A DNA stretch of 64,000 bases from the human T2T-CHM13v2.0 reference genome, Homo sapiens. The stretch lies in assembly GCF_009914755.1 (NCBI RefSeq), contig NC_060934.1; one strand, given 5' to 3'. The notes beneath the pieces were generated by a model. It was not told the DNA's origin. It ran no database searches and was given only the letters and a program-made list of their open reading frames with translations. The translations under genes and the position numbers were made by a program. Shown here one piece after another: positions 57,062 through 64,000 of the stretch. How positions within the stretch are numbered: position 1 is the stretch's first letter; each line of letters opens with the position of its first letter.

Positions 57062-60000
57062 CCTCCAAAGGACATATGTGTGCTCTTGCTCTCAGGAAGC
57101 TTGTGATTCCTGGGGAGAAACTGATCACACACACACCGAGTATTGTAAAGTGATTCAAAGTTGCACAAGGGAGAGGCAAGTTCTGAGTCTCCTCCTGCCT
57201 CCCAGTTCCCTTCCTTGAATGCAGGGTCACTGACTGATTGGTCACATCCCAAGACCATGATTGGCTATTTTACAAGTAGACAAGGTCACCATGCTTTAAC
57301 AGGCAAGGCCCCATGAGCCACCTCTCTTTGTTGGAAGTTGCCTGCGTCTGGCCCTCCTCTCACTTCTTGAGTGTAGGTTTGAGGTCTGGGAATGCTGCTG
57401 GTAGCTGTGGTCCATCCCTTTCAAGATTGGGATTTGGAAGATAAAGGAAAGATCCTGTTTGGAGCCTGAGCCTAAGCATAGAGTTCCAGCCTGAGGTTGC
57501 AGAGAGGCCCAGCCTTGGGTGTGGGTTCCAAGCCCAGATGGCAATAAAGGAGCACCCTGTCTTCCTACGGGCTGGAGTTCCTTTTGAGAGTGCTTCCTGG
57601 GAAATGTTGTCATAACATTGACAGGGCAGAATTTCAGCATTTCTCACCCTTGGCCCTAATATCCATCTCCCAAATCACCCCCAGTGCCAGGAATCATTAA
57701 GAAAGCAGTGGTAGTGTTGAGACAACCAAAAGGCTGTTAGTTTGAGAACCGTCACATATAGCAGATGGAATTCTTGAAAAAGTGTCTTCAGCATTAGGTA
57801 GAGGCATATTGTTATACATAAAGAAAGGCCGGAGAAAAACACCAAGAACTTTCTGGGGTAACTTCTCTACAGGAGGTTGCTGTGTCCCCCTAGCCAGCTC
57901 TATCAACAGGTGAGGACTGGGAATCTAGTGGTGAATTGATGTGACTGGGTTGGGGCAGAAATGCCATGGGGCCTGATGCAGCACAGCTGTACGTCATGGA
58001 AAATGATCCCTGAGACAGTCAGCAACTGGATGTAGAATGAATCTGTTTAAGTAATGAGTGTTCGCTTTAGGAGAGCAGGATGCAGGACAATAGCCAGGAG
58101 AGAGCAAAACCTGTTTGAAAGAGTTGAGGGATTTGTGATGTCCTGCCTGACACACCAGCACCCCTGATGATGCTGTCAATGGCTTTCTCTCAATTAGTCC
58201 CCCTGGACAGGTGGAAGCCGAGGTAAGTTGGGTAATTGATGTCTTCATGCTTCCACAAAGGGCCTACTTTGGGAAGATGGAATATGTTAATGCAGGTCCC
58301 TGCATGAAGCAGGGAATTCTGAACACATTTGCAGGCCGGTGAAGGAAAGGTCCTTCCCCATGTCATGGTTCCACATGCTCTCCACCATAAACTTGGAAGA
58401 ATTCAAGCTGACACATCATGTGAAATTCAGGGTGAAAAAAGTCTGTTGAAATGGATAATGGAATGTGGAAGACCTGTGGAACATGTAGTTGGACCTTTAA
58501 CTCTGTCTGTATCCACACAAAAGCCTGTAATAGAATGTTCAAGCATAACATCCTTGAATTTTTCAAAAATAACTTTACAGCTGATCCATTTATTTTGTCG
58601 GTGGGGTGAGGGGACAGAGAGAAGAATGGGAAAGAGAGTGAGAGCAGGGAAAGAGAAGAGTGATGATTGAAGGGGAAGAGAAGGAATTTTCTAACAACTC
58701 CTTGCCACAAAATGATGAGTGATGGTGAGTGATTTAATTAGGTCATTAAGTGGATGAAATAACATGGCCAAGGTAAACTTACGTAAACTGTTTCTTATTT
58801 AAATTATATTGGATACTTGGATCATCTGTTTAATAAAAAATCTCATCCACTCTTCAATATTGGCTTAAATCCTCTCCCCTGAACAAAACCTTTTCTAAGC
58901 ACTGCAACTGGGACATTTTTTAGTTCTTTTTACATTTTTTTTCCATATTATTTAGTTGAAACTAATTGCATGGAGCTCTATTCCACGTAGTTACTTCCAT
59001 GGGTCCATGAGTCTTATTTCTCCCCAAAGACATTTTTCTTAGGGAGGAAGAAACCAAGCTACAAACGTTTTTCTCATGTGCTTCCTACACTGTGTTCTGT
59101 GCAGTAGATGCTGCTGAACATTTGCCAGGAGCCTGATATTTGGAAAGTTTGGCTCATTTTCAAGGCTATGCAATTTAATGATACTGACAAACCCCAAAAT
59201 TTCTAGATCCCAATTAAGTACTTCATTGTCCTGACTTCATTCATCATAATGGAAAATTAACTTACTGTCTAATATCTCATTTTCTTCTCTTTAATATAGA
59301 TAATAATAAACTAACCCATGCAAATGTATTGAAGAATAATGAATAAATAAAATTTACAAGCAAATGTAAGTATAAAGATGTATCTAAATGCACATAATAT
59401 TAATGGAGATTGATAAAATAAACCAGCTAGTAATGATGTGGAAGTGATAACATGTACACATCGTTTTGCAAATCAGATTTTTAGTGACTAAATAGAAAAT
59501 GACTTGGAGAAAATACATGAGACTTTGTGAGTAATTCTGAGGTGGGAGAGAAATTTTTTAAAATTCTGAGGATGTATGATGGGATTCTTTAAGACTTTCT
59601 CTCTTAGTCTCCTGAACTCTGTTTATAGTGTACACATTAACTTTGTTTATAAATTTAATGAATCCGTTTTTGATTAAATAAACATGCGTATGGTAAAGAA
59701 ATTCCGTGAGACTAAATAATTCTTCCACCCCTGTCTCCCAGTTTTCTGGTTCTCTTCCTCAGAGAAAACTACTATGTTTCTTGAATTTTCTTCAGAGGAT
59801 AATTCTCTGTAGATACAAACATATTTCTAAATGTGCCTTTCACTTTTATAGCATGAAGTTTGGTGTCCTAAGTAAGAATTCTACAGTTTGCTTGTTTTCA
59901 CTTACCAATATGTCTGGAGATTGTTCCATACATACATGTCGATCCACCTCTTTCTTTTTAACACCAGGGTCTCTGTTATAGACATAACACACTTGTCCAG

Positions 60001-62576
60001 GCAGATAACTTCTCAGCTTAGCGTTTTCAAGGTTGTTACATAATAATGATCTTTATAATGGATTTGTCCTCTTCAGAGCAGGTCTGGGCTTTTGATGTGC
60101 CATGTGGATTATTGGTGGAAATTTATGAGTACATTCTTTGGAGTTGCATTCACATTCAAGTCTGTATTATAACATTCACAATTATATAACTTGGACCCTT
60201 CACCTTCTTATTTTAATTTAGATTCGTTGTAATTCTGGACTTTCATACCACCATTAGCCTTGAACTTATTTTGAAGCTCTCCTATAGGAGAGCTAGACAA
60301 GGATGTTTCTTGTCTAATATCCTGGACAATATTCTCCAGTAGCAATGTACAAAAGAGTTAATGGAAGCTTAATTTCTGGGTACTCAAACACCTGAATATA
60401 TCTTTATTCTGTTCTCATAATTGACTTAACAATATGACTAGTTATAGGTATCTAAGTTAAAAAGATTTTCTCCATAATATATTGGGCCTCAATCTGGCAC
60501 CTTACAATGTTCATTATTTCTACTGAGAATTCTAATTCTTTTTCTTTGCAGGTAACTTATGTTTAGATCTAGATCTTTAGATATATTATTTAGGTATCTC
60601 CATCTTTGGATTTCTGATCTGTTATTACATGTACCTTTTTTCTTTGGTTGTGACAGACATTTGTTTAGTTCTTTCAATCTAGTGAATTGTATGCTTTGGT
60701 TCTGAAAATTTTCTTGTACTATTTCTTTGACAGTTTCATTCCATCTCTCTGTTCTCTGCTTTTTCTGGAATTTGTATTTTCTAGGGTATTGGGTCACCTG
60801 GATTTGTCCTTTACTACCTTATTTTTTCTCATATATTTCACTTCTTTTTATGGAATGTCAGTTCTACGAGGGCAGAGATTTCTTTCAATTTTGTTCACTT
60901 TGTTATTCCCACCACCTGAAACACTGCCTGGGATGTGGGAGGTTTGCAGTCAATATTTGTTGAATATTCATTTTCTGTTCTGTGTGTAGATTTCTTCTAT
61001 CCTATATCCCACCCACATTTTGGATTTTTAAAATGTCTTCTATCTTTCTACTTTTCAGGAATTCTTTGTTTTCTGATTTTTCTTTTACTATAACATCTTA
61101 TTCTTGTTTTATGGATGCAATAGAATGCATTGTGTTTCTTCTTTTAGCTCCTACATTATTGTGATCTCTTTTGACTTCATTTTTCTTTATTTTGGGCTCT
61201 TCTTCATGTTGTTTTTTTTTTCCTTAACATCTTCTGTGAACTTGGATGGGGATTACCAACTGGAAAACTTCATTTTGGGTTAAGTGGTGGGGAGCTGGCT
61301 GTTTTGTTTGAGGAATTCCACAAATCAGAATGTGGAGGTCTTTCTCTGCAGCTAGTCAGTTTCTGCAGAAATGTCTGGGTGACCAGGATGCTGTCTTTGC
61401 CAACGGCCAAGGATGTAACCATGCTATATGCACATTTTGAATAAGCACCCCTGTTTCCAGTCTCATGATTCACTTCGCTTTCAGCTAAGGCCAGGGCTTC
61501 CAAATCCCTAGCTTCTCTCATTAACTTTTCCATGAGAAAATAAAAACAAAACACAACATCTTCCGACTTGGGTGGGATGGAGTGGATTGGGCACTTGAAT
61601 GTTGGTGTTCTGGGTGGAGGTGGAGGACGGGCCCCAACACAGCTTGATGCTGCCTGTTTCTGATGCCACAAATTCCTGAGTCTGTCTGGTATTCTGCTGA
61701 ACAAGATAGCTCTTTTCTAAATGGTCTGCTAACTGCATGCCTGTTAGTTTTGGCTCCCACTGGTCTCCATAGGCAGGCATTTCACAGAGACAAGTTTCCC
61801 TGTTCTGTCCAGTATTTCATCTAAATTTTGCAGAAATTTCACACACACTAATACCCCATTTCCTGCTTTAGTTTAAATGGTACCATTTTCATTCTCCCAT
61901 TTTCATTTTATTGGAATTTGCAGAAGGTGAAGACATAAGCCTCTAAAGGCTACGCATTGTCTTTATCCTTCAGAAAGCTCCATGCTGTCTTTTAGACTTT
62001 AAGTTAGAATGTGTAAGAGCACTGATGCTGATGGCTACAAAGAAGGCTTTGTTTGCCCGTGATAGGGGGAGGTACAGGTAACACCAATCCTTTCTTAGGA
62101 CTTACAGGTACTCAGGGCTTATTGCATTTGAACATTGATCTGCAGTCTAACAGAAAATGAGTGCAGAATGTTTACTAACAGCTGGCTTAAAGAGGGGCCA
62201 AAGTGGCAAGACAGAGAGGAGAAGGATGTCAAAGTTGGGTACTGCATGTTTGGCTAAGGATAGCTCATTATTATTTACAAAAATAAGTATTTAATAGGCA
62301 AGAAAACTCTGAAATATATAGCAAATTTTACATAATTATTAATTTCATTATATTTATTTTATTCTTCTTTGTCTATAAAAATTACAAATATAAGAAATCT
62401 TTAAAAACCACAAATAGATAACAGAATAAAAACCAGTCACAATCTTACTACCCAGAGATAACTACTGATGATATTTTTCACAGTTTCTTCTTGTAGGTAT
62501 TTTAATTTACATTCTCAAAATAACATAAAATATGGAGTAAACAGTTTCGTATGCTGCTTTTAAAAAATCATGTAAA

Positions 62577-62915
<339 letters not shown>

Positions 62916-62999
62916 CTATATGCTAAGCATTTTACATGTCATTAACATTAAAACTGTTTGGCAACTGACATCAAATAGTAGAAATGTAACGGTTGTACA

Positions 63000-63720
<721 letters not shown>

Positions 63721-64000
63721 ACAATTTGGGAACTTTGATAAATACTCTGATTTTATTTTGGCTGTATTACTTACTCACCCATTGATTTCTGGCAAATAAT
63801 ATAGCAGTCAGAGCCTGTTTCTTCATTGGTGAAATGAAGATAATAAGACGATTACAGCATCTATCTGTTGAAAGCCTACTCTTCCCAAAGTGTTTGCAGC
63901 TCGAACAAGCATCTGCTTTGAGAACTATAAAGTGCTATGTGCATACAGGTATCATTTAGCATTTCTTTTAATATGTAGACTTGGACAGAAGAGATAAAGT

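Overview
This is primate, most likely human, genomic DNA that looks intergenic or intronic. Species is inferred from Alu, THE1, MST and LTR12 elements; I could not identify the locus. I found no supportable protein-coding exon, tRNA, rRNA or CRISPR array. The recognisable ORFs are translations of Alu, L1, Tigger1 or MaLR repeats, and the rest look like chance ORFs. The window is dense in interspersed repeats: about 25 Alu/FAM/FRAM copies (many with readable target-site duplications, TSDs), L1, L2, MIR, a near-full-length Tigger1, MER2/Tigger2a/MER44 MITEs, MLT1/MST/THE1 LTRs and an LTR12 solo LTR. The structure the repeat list does not explain is four short copies (90-180 bp) of sequence found 0.4-3.2 kb away, two inverted and two direct. 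One is a 136-bp inverted copy of apparently unique DNA inside an Alu. Other items worth checking are a 26-bp-stem hairpin next to a SOX/homeobox motif cluster, a strong CTCF-like site, an ACGT-core motif cluster and a small CpG-island-like patch. I did not find a new gene-encoded system. All subfamily names come from my memory of consensus sequences, and identities were counted by hand.
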